Shown here: piece by piece, positions 28,200 to 40,110 of the stretch
Position numbering within the stretch: the first letter of the stretch is position 1
How the letters are laid out: the number at the start of each line of letters is the position of its first letter
Origin: Welwitschia mirabilis
Taxonomy: Eukaryota
DNA length: 57,737 nt
NCBI GenBank assembly: GCA_051453625.1
Contig: JBOZIK010000001.1
Coordinates: forward strand, 40,365,919-40,423,655
Reading direction: 5' to 3'
Notes under the pieces: model-generated
What the model was told of the DNA's origin: nothing
Databases searched by the model: none
The model's input: only the letters and a program-made list of their open reading frames with translations
Translations under genes and position numbers: made by a program

Positions 28200-28660
28200 G
28201 GGCAGAGGCCCACGAGGCCGCGATTGCGCATGCGGACAAAGCACTGTGCTTCTACAGTGCTCTCCCGCCTTTCTTGGATGGAAGTTACGGACCTGGAAGA
28301 TGCTCTCTGCCACGTCATCTAATTTATCCAACAATCAAACCATAAATTTATTTATCCAACAATCAAACCATAAATTTACCTTCGAAAATTGCGTATAATG
28401 ATAACGCAAGGATGTAGAGCGCCATCGAAGACGTAAAGTCAAAAAAAGTATTGGGACGTGGGTCATCGCTCTTATTTTTAAGTTCATCAAACCTCCTTGC
28501 AGAGCCCAAAACAATCAACAGCAAACAGTTTCTCGCACTCTTTCCCCTTTAAATTCCGAGCGGAGGTGGCTTCGCAAGGGTAAGCGAATCATCGACCAAA
28601 GCAGGTCGTACCATCAGTTCATCAGTTCAGCGGTCGATCGATCGGAAGAGCTTAGAAATC
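28200..28660 (+). promoter_or_regulatory. Proximal promoter and 5' UTR of the ADF gene
   Basis: CpG-rich. GGCCCAC at 28207-28213, GCCACGTCA at 28309-28317, ACGTGG at 28456-28461, a duplicated 28-mer containing TATCCA, and TATA-like TTTAAA at 28548-28553. Confidence 0.55.
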
Positions 28661-29273
28661 ATGGCGATGGCATTCAAAATGGTATTCTGCAGAGGATTCC
28701 GGTGCTTTTTCTTAATCGTTTCTTTTTGTTTTGTTAAGCTGTTGTGTGGTTACTGGTTAGGCGACGACGGGGATGAGTCTGTCGGAGGAGTGCGTGAAGA
28801 GCTTTCAGGATCTGAAGAGGAACAGGTCGCATCGCTACATCGTCTTCAAGATCGACGAGAAGGCCAAGCAGATTCTCATCGACAAGACCGGAGGCGCTGC
28901 AGAGAATTACCAGGACTTCACTGACTCGCTTCCACGAGACGATTGCCGGTACGGCGTCTTCGATTTCGATTTCGTGAGTGTCGACAATTGCCAGAAGAGC
29001 AAGATCTTCTTCATTTACTGGTTCGTATCGTCCTTCATATTTTTCGTCTTTACTTTGAATTTCCGTGCTTTCTGCTGCACATCCATCTGATATGCGACGT
29101 GTACGTATGAACTGTGCAAAAGGAGTCCGGCAAAGTCGAGGGTGAGATCGAAGATGCTGTACGCAACGTCGAAAGAGAGGCTGAGGAGAGAACTGGACGG
29201 AGTCCATTATGAGTTGCAGGCCACCGATCCCACTGAGATGGATATCCAAGTCATCAGAGACAGGGCCTCCTAG
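28661..29273 (+). CDS. ADF5: Actin-depolymerizing factor, ADF5-like; join(28661..28681,28761..29020,29123..29273), 143 aa
   Basis: Spliced product [22 protein letters not shown]...[11 protein letters not shown]...[84 protein letters not shown] introns of 79 and 102 bp lie at the conserved plant ADF positions. The N-terminal MAMAFKMATTGM is as I recall for Arabidopsis ADF5. Family call is firm; orthology is tentative. Confidence 0.96.
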
Positions 29274-29498
29274 AGCTTTTAGCCATCTTCTTCCTTCTAA
29301 CTTTAATTAAGCAGCTTGTTTCATTTACTGTAAGAAACTTGGATGGCATCGGAATAAGTACCTGAAAGAAAGCAAAGATCACTGTCTCTTCAATCGTTTC
29401 TGGTTTGCTCGAGCATCGGAAATCTTGCTTTCGTGTCTTAGACGGATGCTTGTGCCACTCTGCTTACTTTTGCTGATGTTATGTGTAATGGCGAGCAC

Positions 29499-29504
29499 AA
29501 TAAA
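29499..29504 (+). terminator. Candidate polyadenylation signal of ADF
   Basis: AATAAA about 225 bp after the stop codon, preceded by TGTG/TGTA-rich sequence. Confidence 0.4.
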
Positions 29505-31539
29505 ACACAACGGCCATAATCTAATAATATGTTACTCCATAGTGATGTATTAAGATGTATTAGAGGACTACTTTTGCTAAATGGAATTTCTTTTCGTGTT
29601 GCGCGATTGTCGCTTTGATTGAACGTTAAAAGAGTTATAATGATGAGAGAAGTGACTTCAGATTAATTTGGGCTTCCTTTTTCTTTTGCTTTTCCTTTTG
29701 GTAAAGTGCTTGAGTTGTTGACAGACGGATGCGATAAAGTAAATCACTTTGTGGAGATTTTTGGGAAAAGTAGAGCCTTATCCGTAATACATCGCTGCGC
29801 GCCTCCTCCCTTTCAAACTTGAGTACACCTCTGGGTAAGGTTTGAGTGGGATCATCAAAAACCGAACTACCGGTAGGAGTACCTTGACATAGTCGTAGCG
29901 TTAAATGTATATATCCTTTGGGTATTGGGCTTTAAACTCACGTGTCACGACCCACTACGTGGAAAGTGCATACTTCAACCAGTATTCCAAGCACAGTAAA
30001 TGAGAGCGATAATCTTTTACTTTTTGCATGACATTAATGATCTTATAATAATCTGTTTCTCCATATGAGAAATTTAAAATGTATAAGTGGAAATTACATA
30101 TCTTCCCTCTAATCCCTTGTCCCTATTGGGGAATGGTAATGAAATGCACTATCGCTATTTTTTAGTTGGGGCTTAGTTATGCTCTTCTCCTCACAATGTT
30201 TCACAATGAGCTTGAAGCCTCGATTTGCTTCACCCTTACCTTTTTGTAACATGAATATCCTTTTGCCACAATGCTAATCTAACTTTTTTTTCTTCTTTTT
30301 ACTTCCCATATGCTTTATACAATAGTTGCAAAATATAACATAAGCTTATAGTTTTCTAAGTGTTTTAGTCCATAAAGTCTATGCACAAGAAGAACCAACA
30401 TTGCTTCAAACCACCAAAACTTTTTCCATGCAATAAATGGCAATAACACTCCATGTTCTACAACATTTTTTCTTCTTTTTTTAATTCATTTTTTTACTTT
30501 ACCTTTGCAAGTTAACTTGATACATAACAAAAAGTGCATAGACCATGAATTAGAAGAAGAAAATTAGTATGTTAGGATAAAGAAAGTAGAATTTTTTTAT
30601 CATATAGGAAATGAGTTTGAATGATGTGATGTCTTAAGATTTATCTTGGTTAAGACCTGAAGCAATAATAGGCACATGATTTATCTAGTCCATTTGTAAG
30701 ATCTCAACATCTTAGTTTCCACTTATTGCTTGCCTAATTGTGAACTAAGTGAGGGACTTCTCTGCTTGCATATCAACTCTCATCTCCTTATGTTACCCAT
30801 TTATTATACATGAATCACACCTGATCCTACATCTATGAGGTGACATACATCTACTTTGGAAGGCATATATGCGATGATAACATTGTTCCTCCTCATCATT
30901 AGCTCGAAAATTCCAAAGATGAGCTTTAAAATTCAAACTCAAAAATTCTAAAAAGTAAAGCTTTAAATTCATAAAATGAGGAAAATGAAATAATTACTTC
31001 CATCCGCAGAGTGTTGATTCCACATTTGATAGATATATAAACTCAAAAATGTCTCAGTGGTATGGATATAAAAAAGTTGGATGCAAGTTTGGAGGAGACT
31101 TTTTCCCTTGAAAAGACCATGTTTTCATGTTAGCCATGCTATTATAGTGGAATTGCAATTTACCAGTAATATCATATCATAACTAAGTCTTAGCCATGTT
31201 AGGTTTGTAAGATGTAAAGTTGTTTGATTTCATTAAAATAACTAAATCAATGTCTTTCTTTCTTTATTTTTATTTACTTTTAGAATACCCTTCACCTCAA
31301 GAAAATTAAAAACCTCAACTTAATTAATAGCACCATAAACAACATGCTCGAATCATTAAGACTAAATGTAGGAAGTTTCATGAAAAATATGCTTAGTATC
31401 TAATCATGTAAGTAAACAATAAGGTATTTTTATAAAAACTCTATTTTTACATAAAAATAAAATGATAAAGCCATAAAAAGTCATCTTTTCCATTGGAATT
31501 CCCTCACTACAAAATTGAAAATTTTTTGTAGAGATGTCA

Positions 31540-31960
31540 TTTCCATGATTTCAAGGATTCTGAACTAAGATCTAGGAAATCTAAAAACCTATAATACCAA
31601 CTAAAGAGTCTTGATATTATCAACCTCTAGATGATTGCTCTAGCCCATTCTTCTATTGTGAAATAGCCTATCAGCTGAATGATATGGTGCTACATTAGAA
31701 TATTAATCTTAGCCTTTTTGGGTTAATCTTTGTAAACCTTAGGTATTAAAAATTCTGAAAGCAGTAACTTATCTCACTGCAAATATGTGGAAACAATTTC
31801 TAGCCACACATATAATCCTCTTTGTAGAATTCGTGGTAGATTGGGAATGGAGATACCTCCTTTAGGAAAATGTCATTTGCATAAATAATTTTATCATCAT
31901 GATGAAGGTGAATGAATTACAATTCTTAATAGATCTTGATCTTGTCTTCATTATCATTGG
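31540..31960 (-). pseudogene. Possible Mutator/MuDR transposase N-terminal domain remnant
   Basis: Minus strand reads an acidic stretch, then YHEFYKEDYMCG*KLF...ISYCFQNF*YLRFTKINPKRLRLIF*C...IKTL. This resembles the MuDR pattern GQxF..YxIxNxFxLxFxKNDxKRVxxxC..IKT. Confidence 0.35.
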
Positions 31961-32420
31961 CATGCCTAATACCTCTTATGTCTATTTTTCTCATGATGAT
32001 ATAAGAGGTCACAGTTAGTCACATAGGGTTACCATATAATGGATATGTAATTAAATCTAATGATATGGGCAAGAATTAGTTAGTGTTATTTATATTTATA
32101 CTTAATAATATGCATCCTAATACATATGTTACAGAAACCTAGAAAACCCCCATTTATCTTATGAGAACCATTTCCCTTAAGACATAGCATGAAAATCGAG
32201 TGTTTAGGATTGTGCACGCCCTAGAAAATGACCTAAGTTGTGACTGAGTAATTTGATGATTACATTATCTCATGCAAAGAACATTATATCTACTCAAAAG
32301 GAGGCATTCAATATACTAAAGCATTACTACCTACAAGTCATAACAATGATCTTTATCCTCCTTTGCCATGATTTTATTATTAGAGTAGGGGTTCATTGGG
32401 TATTCGTAAGTGAGGTGATG

Positions 32421-32890
32421 TTTGATGAGTGTCAGTAAGAGACAATAGTATTCAATATAATAGGAGGTTTCAACTCCTATTAATGGCATTCCAATTGATA
32501 TTTGACCACCATTCAAACATGAATTGGTTATACTTCAAATTCCAAAGTATAATAAACATGGTTATGCTTAACTTCTTAGGTTTAGATGTCACCTTAGTAT
32601 ACCACTGGAAAGGTGACAAGTGATATGTAAGATGGGTGCATGCTTGCAAGTAAGCAAGGGTTTGATAGGTGTCAACAAGAGATAAAGGTATTTAATATAA
32701 TAGGAGGTTGAAATTCCTAGTAATGGAATTCCAATTGATATTTGACTACCATTCATACATGAATTGGTTCCACTTCAAATTACAAAGTATAGTAAATGTG
32801 ATTAAGCTTAACTTTATAGATTCAGATGTCACCTCAGTATACCACTAGAAAGATGACAAGTGATATTTGAGGTGGATGCATCCTTACAAG
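32421..32890. repeat. Diverged tandem duplication, period 240 bp, about 2 copies
   Basis: 32421-32650 aligns with 32661-32890, for example aatataataggaggtt, attccaattgatatttgac and agatgtcacc..agtataccact. Confidence 0.9.
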
Positions 32891-33616
32891 AAAGACTTTT
32901 TTTCTTGAAACATATTAGGATGTTGTAACATAATGCTTTAATACTAAGGTCTTGGAATATTAAGTCAGAATAAGTTCATACATAGATAGGATAAAAGAGT
33001 GATGATTAAACCTACTTCCAAAGGGGTTTGATATAAAAATTACAATGGAACTCACCTTGATGAGAAAATCCAAGTATGGGAATCATAATTATTAGAATTA
33101 TATATTGATTAGTTATCATTCAATGAATACACCACACAAATTCATGCATATAGTCCTCCCTAATATTGATATTTGATTGATTACTTACCTTAAAAAAATA
33201 ATTCTAACTTCCTTGAATTTATTTTATGAAACATTAATACATAAAAGAAATAAAATAAACATAATCTTCCTTTAGCATACTAAAAGATAATTTCATCTAA
33301 AAAATATTTTATCGTAATCAAGGTAGTGGAAAAAGTTTATTTTCCTTTTTCATTAATAATAATACCTTTCAAATAAATTTCAATAGTATTTTAAAGTTCT
33401 TTTTTAAAAAGAAAATAAATTTGAGCATGAAATTATGCCCTTTTCAAATCATCTTTCTTCAAGTTTAGCTAGTAAATATTAATATGATAATATGATTAAT
33501 GAAAAGAAATGATAGTAAATGTGGAATAAAATAGGAACACAAGACATAATGCTTATTTAAATTTATATAATTATAAAATAAATAAAACTTACAAAAATCA
33601 AAAGAANNNNNNNNNN

Positions 33617-33645
33617 CACACACACACACACACACACACACCCAC

Positions 33646-33686
<41 letters not shown>

Positions 33687-33698
33687 TACATACATACA

Positions 33699-33730
<32 letters not shown>
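33617..33730. repeat. Compound microsatellite (CA)n(TA)n(CA)n(TACA)n next to a 10-N gap
   Basis: Directly visible in the sequence. Confidence 0.98.
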
Positions 33731-34169
33731 GTTTCTAACACTTCTAACTCTGAACTTTAAAACTATAAATCTTAGAAAACTTAAAAAACACCAGAACATC
33801 AAATTTTGGGCCAAAAAATTATACAAAAATGCCTAAGTACAAAAAATTGAAAACATTTAACCTAGAGAAGATCATGCCTACACAGCTCCTCGGAAGGTCC
33901 TAAAATAATAGTGGAGATAGAATCCATTATAAGTATTTGAAAGATCGTTCCCCTATATATCAGCTATGTCTTAATCTCCAACGAAATTTGTTATTGGATA
34001 TGGACCTAACTAGAGAGGAGAAAACTTCTGATGCATTCTTATTTTATTTGCCATCCTCTCTCTCGCCAAAACAAAATTTTCAATGTGAAACACCTTAAGA
34101 TAGTTCTCTTATTAAATCATCTCTTAATGATGTTGTGATGCCTCATCATGGTGTAAAACGCCTCATTCC

Positions 34170-37100
34170 TTATATCTTATAGTTTTAAAAGTCTCCACTT
34201 CTTATTGAACAATGCATCTAAAGAATTCAAATATGTTTTCATGAAATCATATGTCTCCAAATGAAGATATATCATTAAGTAAGGCCTTTGTTTGTATAGT
34301 AGAGAATAAGGACTAGACAGGATACTAGCTTTATGTCTTAACCTACCTATCCATAATTCATACTTGACCAAAGCATGCTAGTTCCTTTACCTCTTTCAAA
34401 TAGCTTACTTCATGTCTTCACAAAAATTAGAAGTCCCTTCTCTTCTTATAGAAGAAAGAAAGGAATCTGCAAGCACTATCTTCTTAATTCTAATTACCAA
34501 ATTCTTATTTGAGGACTTAGATAACTCATTCCCTTATGGATAGTACATATATGTAAATATTTAAAGAAATGTGACTATCTAAAGATCATTCTATGAAATA
34601 GATGGAATTGAAACATTTTTGTTATCATAGATAAGAGCACACGGATGCTAAAAATGGGTGATGATGTTCTTCTTTAGGAAATCTATTACTATCTCCATGT
34701 ATGATTAACATGTAGGCTCAACTTCCATCTAACATGAACAATAATTAGTAGTAATAAAAATAAGAGAATGGCCGAGAAAAGAAGGTGGATAAATCTTACC
34801 AATCAAATTAAGGGCCTTTTACGAAGGTGGATAAATCTTACCAATCAAATTAAGGGCCTTTTTTGTAAAAGATCAAGTCTCTCGGATAAGAAGTTAAGAT
34901 AATGTGGATTTCTATCTTTGGAAAAGAAATATTACTAAATATCATAGGTCTAAGCATGATCGAGTGCATCCTTCACCATAAGAGTCTGATCATATTTGGT
35001 TCTAATGATCCGTGCTATTAACAGTTTTGCAAAAGTATGTTAATCATTTACTCTATTATGAAACTCTTGAAGTAATTGTGTAATTTTATCTTTGATGATA
35101 TACCTCAAATATTCTTCATCATAGTTTCTTTGAAATAGAATTCCATTCTTAATCATGAACTATAATTCTTAAGCTTTAAAGTATTTTTGAATGAAATCAA
35201 AGTATTCTCTTGAAGGGGCCCATCTGATAAGTAGAGGTACATATCTTAATACCATGGATTACTCAAAAAAACTAGTGGAGATGGTTGGAGATAAGAAGAT
35301 CTTTATTACCTATGCTTCTTAAGACTGTGTTACTAGGATGTTTCTAGGTGGACCCATTCCTTTGAGTAACTTTTTAAGAACAATGTAAATTTCATGCTCT
35401 TGAAACTTTATATCCACTTGGGTCTTCTTAGATTGGAATATTGCTCATCCAAAAGATACTTAACTATTGTTTTTATAACCATACCATACAACTTGAATCA
35501 CAAGACATAATGTTATAACTACTTCAAAGCCTTAATTAAATTATAGGCCTTCTTCTTCAAATAATAGTAAAAAAGTTTGACATTTTTTAACCTTTCATTC
35601 ATGAATAAATTAGGACATTCTCCATGCTCACCATCCAAGGCTTTTGTTTTCTAAGTGAGAATTACTACTATTATCACAAAGACATAAGCATAAATAAAAA
35701 ATTCCTTTGTAAAATCTAGACTCACCCAGCATTGTCCTCTTTATCAATTCAAATATCTTCTTACCTTTAAGAAACCAAATAAAAATATCATCTTTCTTTA
35801 AAAGCAGCATGATGGATGCTACTATCTATGTAAAACTATGAGTAAACCTTCTTATAAAGTTAACTATTCCTAAGAATGAAGAAAGATCTTTGAGGGAACC
35901 TAGTAATGAAATCTTTTGAATAACTTGGACTTACTGTATATCTCCTCCTATTGCTTCATCTAACATGATATATATCAACCATTTTCCAAAGAAGATAAAT
36001 ATGATGTATTCTTTCGGTTGAGAAAAACTCCATACTTTTAAATGAAATGAACATATTTTGCAAATATACAACATGATTTTTATACCTATTTGAGTAGATT
36101 GTAATGTTCTCTAAGTAGATAACTATACATTTTATAATAAGTCTTATCAGTATGCTTCATAGCTCTTTAAAAGGTAACTCCATAATTAATCAAACAAAAA
36201 GGCATCCTCTTGTAAGGATATATACTATGACTTCCATAGTAGTTGAAGTTATAACCTTATTTGCAAGTGAATTCTTCCCTTTGGAAATTAGGATAAGGGA
36301 TCACTCTTCAAACAAATCTGGCAAAGCTAAAAATATTTCTTTATGTACCTTTACAAGCAAATTTTAAGTTTGGTAACCCCCTTTAACTTAGTTAATTACT
36401 AACTTAGAATCCCCTAAAATGTGGGTCTTTTCTACTTTAATGGAAAGTCCTAGCTTTAGGGCCTAAACAAGGGCCTCATACTCTATGATGTTATTTGAAG
36501 TACAAAAGTCTAATTTGAAAGCTCTTTAAATGCAAGATCTATCAAGTGGCTGTAATAGTGTATTAGCACCTCATACTTATGTCTTAGTAGCCCCATTAAA
36601 GAACACAAATCATCTCTCATCAAGTGATGCAATAATAAGGAAAATCTCCACTTACCTCTAGCCCTTAATCATATCCTTGATATTACAGAAATATGTAATC
36701 ACAACTAAGTATAAAATAGGATCTTCAGGATTAATCTTCTCTACTCCGTAAGTAATGAAACTATACTTTAGGTCAATCTCTCTTTTAATATGAGTCTAAG
36801 TAGGGATACCTTTTTAAGGAAGTTGCATGTAAAAGAGTCTGAGAAGATGAAAGCACTAAGAGAAGATATTTAACTTCTACTTAATAATGCTTCATATATG
36901 ATGGGAATGTTAACTACATAAAAGATTGTAATACTCATGACCATAGGATTTAAAGCTAATTAGCCTTTTAACATCTTTAAAAATACCTTGCACCTTAACA
37001 TTTGTCTCATCTAGTTAAACTATTAACTTCATTTTTCTAGTGTAAGATTTAATTACTTAGGTACTTTAAAGGGAGGATATCAGTAAAGGCTCCTAAATTA

Positions 37101-38696
37101 ATAAAAAATAATGAACATTCTTATCAAACATCTATAGGGTAATAAGAAAAAGAAATATCTTCTTCATAGCTTACAAAAATTATGGCCTTAGCCTATAGTT
37201 TTTCCATATTCATCTCAAGATGTAAATTCTTTGACCATTGACTATCAATAAACATACATGCCTAAGAAAATTTTTTCCTTTAATCTTTACCCATTTAAAG
37301 TATCTCAAGAATTGAGAGGTTTTCTTTAAACTATCTAAGATCAACAACATCATAGTTGGAAATAGCTTTTTTCTTCTATTTTTATATTATCTTTAAAGCA
37401 TTCTTATATGCTAATGATGTCTAATATCTATGCTTCATTGGAAGAGGAGAAAGATGATTTGAGATATCATGATTAAGAGGTTTAAGATTTCTTCTAAGAG
37501 GGATAGATGTGATTATAGGCCTTTTTTTTTTAACCTTTATCTTTTTTCTCCTTCTATTCATGTGAATTGGGATTAAACCTTATGGTTTCTGTATTTGTAG
37601 CCCTAATCTTCCTAGTATAGATAAATGCCTAAAGAGCACTAAGACCTTTAGTAGAATGCATTGATTTATTCTGACTGTCATGAGGCACTAGGGTAACATT
37701 AATTTCTCTCAAAGAATTGGTGATATCAAAATTAAAAGTTTCTTTTAAATGGAAAGAAAAAGTTAAAGAATAAAGAATCATGTAAATCTATCATAATTCT
37801 TAATACAAAGATGATCTTAATAATTATTGCTAGCATGATTATTGATCTAATAAACTGGGCAAAAATCATAAAGAGATACTACATTTGCATCCTCCTTCGA
37901 AAACTATACTTATTGTTACTTGGAATCATAAGTGGGACTAAGGATCTACTTATTTGTAGTTATTTCCTCTTTTCCTTAAACCCTATCTTGTTGTTAAATA
38001 TTCAACTAATTCATATCCTAAGTAAGCTCCCTTAATATTCATTTAAGTTCTTCAATTTCACTTTCAACTTTTCTTCTTAGAAGAGGCTTTCAGTTACTAT
38101 AATATGTATTATGGGGGAAAGAAAACTTGGGAAGAGGATTGGAAATGTGGAGGAGGGACAAGAGATAGAGGAATAATGGTGTAGTTGATGTAGTAGGATT
38201 TGTGATCTAAGAAAGTTAAGAAGAATGAGAATTGACAAGATTGAAAGAATTAGCGATAGGAACAAGACTAATATGAGGTGATGATGGAATGGTAAGATCC
38301 AAACGGACAAGGTTAGGATGATCATAACAGGATGGAAATAAGCCTCTCTAAATAAATGGTTCTATTCATGAAATCTTAAAGGCTATTAAGATTGGATCTA
38401 TGTTCACACACTTGGATGACTTGTACACAACCATGATCTAGAAGGTATGTAGTCTGTAATACACAAGAAGATGGTTATAAATGATCTAGAAATGACTTTT
38501 AAATGCTCTAAATGTTTTTATATGCTCCATCTTTATGGTTGAAAAATACTAATACATTATCTCTAGATTTGCTTAGCCTCCAACTTATTGAAGAAATTCT
38601 TGAGCTTATTCTATGAGGTAATGGAAATTGTTGAAAGTTATCAATACTAAAGCTGATCTTATTTCTTGAATAAAAGGAGAGAAATTAACATGTAAC
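34170..38696 (-). mobile_element. Tat-group Ty3/Gypsy remnant with domain order gag-PR-aRH-RT-RH-INT (TatI/TatII architecture)
   Basis: PR ~36750-37150 (VVNIPIIYEALLSRS), extra RNase H 36240-36620 (FFNGATK..FKLDFCTSNNIIEYEALV..ILGDSKLVIN), RT 35800-36230 (YKRMPFCLINYGVTF*RAM..IYLENI..SFLGIVNFIRRF), RH ~35370-35750, INT 34180-35260 (YYP*GNELSKSSNKNL). Confidence 0.85.
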
Positions 38697-39930
38697 TATT
38701 AACATTTAGAAATTGACATTACAATAAAGATAGATGACTAATTAATCTTAATGGAAGACATTAATATCATTTATTTTATCATAAAACCATATCTTTTATT
38801 GAATTTTATAATAATTATGAGCTTATCTCATTTCCCATGAAATTTTTAGGTTTATTATGCTAAATTAAAAACATCACTTAAAATGAAGATCATCAGAGTT
38901 AATACACTAGCATTACCATCCAAGACCATTAGCGCCACTAGTCTATTTGCATAAAATGGGTTTGAACTCATGTTTCTGGCTTATCATGAAGAATTAAACC
39001 AAATGTAGTTATGGGATTGGTTAAATTTCACATCAAAAATGAATCACATTCTTAACAACATGTGGTAGTGATGATAAGGACTCGTAGCATGACATTTGAT
39101 ATGGCTGAGTAGGATGACAGTGGAGACACATGGCATTGATAATGGTTGGTAGTAGCTACAACATCTAGGAGCTAAGTGTTGGCATCATCATAGGAATCTC
39201 TACTAATTAAAAAAAAAGATAAATCATCCTATCTAATATCATGATTATGTAACCATCCATCTAATACTACAAGCCCAAGGCTTTTAACCATTCCTTAACC
39301 CCATTCCTCCCTATAAAAGGGCCTAAAGCGCTTTATTATATCATCTTTAACTTTAGAGAATTATAAAACCTTAAAGTGTCAATTGCGATGGCTTTCTAAG
39401 AAGCTCTTTTGGGGAGTAAACTAGTCTTAGAGTATTGTTAAGGAATTCTTCTGACATCTTTCTTTCTTTACTGTAAAGTTCTCTTTTTCTATAATACATA
39501 ATTTTTTGTCCTTTATTTTAAATCACGTGTCATTTTATATTTGAAATGTTTAGGAAGCAACTTAATCATTATAGCTTTATTACATTTGAGTGAGATATTT
39601 TATTACTTAATCTAAGCCTTTTAACTTTATATATTTTAAGTACTTAGGATCCTTACCTTCTATTATTATTTAAGGCTTTGAAGATCAAGTNNNNNNNNNN
39701 NNNNNNNNNNNNNNNNNNNNNNNNNNNNNNNNNNNNNNNNNNNNNNNNNNNNNNNNNNNNNNNNNNNNNNNNNNNNNNNNNNNNNNNNNNAAGCCTTTTA
39801 ACTTTATATATTTTAAGTACTTAGGATCCTTACCTTCTATTATTATTTAAGGCTTTGAAGATCAAGTAGCAATTGAGTTTATCATTACTCATATAGTAAA
39901 TGAAATTATTGCTGCTACAATTTGTAATGA
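38697..39930 (+). repeat. Truncated Athila-like LTR of the same family as 13320-14671, abutting the Tat gag
   Basis: Collinear with the reverse complement of 13600-14671. Starts tattaaca for TGTTAACA, and shares gataaatcatccta and tttggggagtaa. Confidence 0.85.
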
Positions 39931-40110
39931 ATTTTGTATTGATTTGACTTTAAAAATAATAGGGGATTAGAAACAAGTTTTAAGCACTCTTTCGAAGAAG
40001 GAAAAAGCTTGGATTCCTCTTTTAAAAAGTAAAAATTGTAAAGGGATGCTTTGTAAAAAGAGCACACTCAGGCGATGCTAAAATGATCTACGATTTTATT
40101 CATGGATGAG

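Noticed and set aside
27777-28398. Several overlapping ORFs (81-185 aa) upstream of ADF
   Set aside because: No recognisable motifs or splice structure; explained by the higher GC content of the promoter island.
28580-28655. Possible 5' UTR intron starting at GTAAGC
   Set aside because: The downstream sequence is not U-rich and candidate acceptors are weak or too close; unsupported without transcripts.
28734-29249. 171-aa antisense ORF over ADF
   Set aside because: A shadow ORF expected from GC-rich codon usage on the opposite strand; no recognisable domain.
29700-29960. Possible snRNA or telomerase RNA gene near the TATATA
   Set aside because: No convincing USE (RTCCCACATCG), telomere template or recognisable snRNA sequence on either strand.
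31505-31530. CACTACAAAA as a CACTA transposon terminus
   Set aside because: No matching inverted terminus or subterminal repeats were found.
33465-33826. ORFs with MYVC/VCVC repeats
   Set aside because: Translations of the microsatellite.
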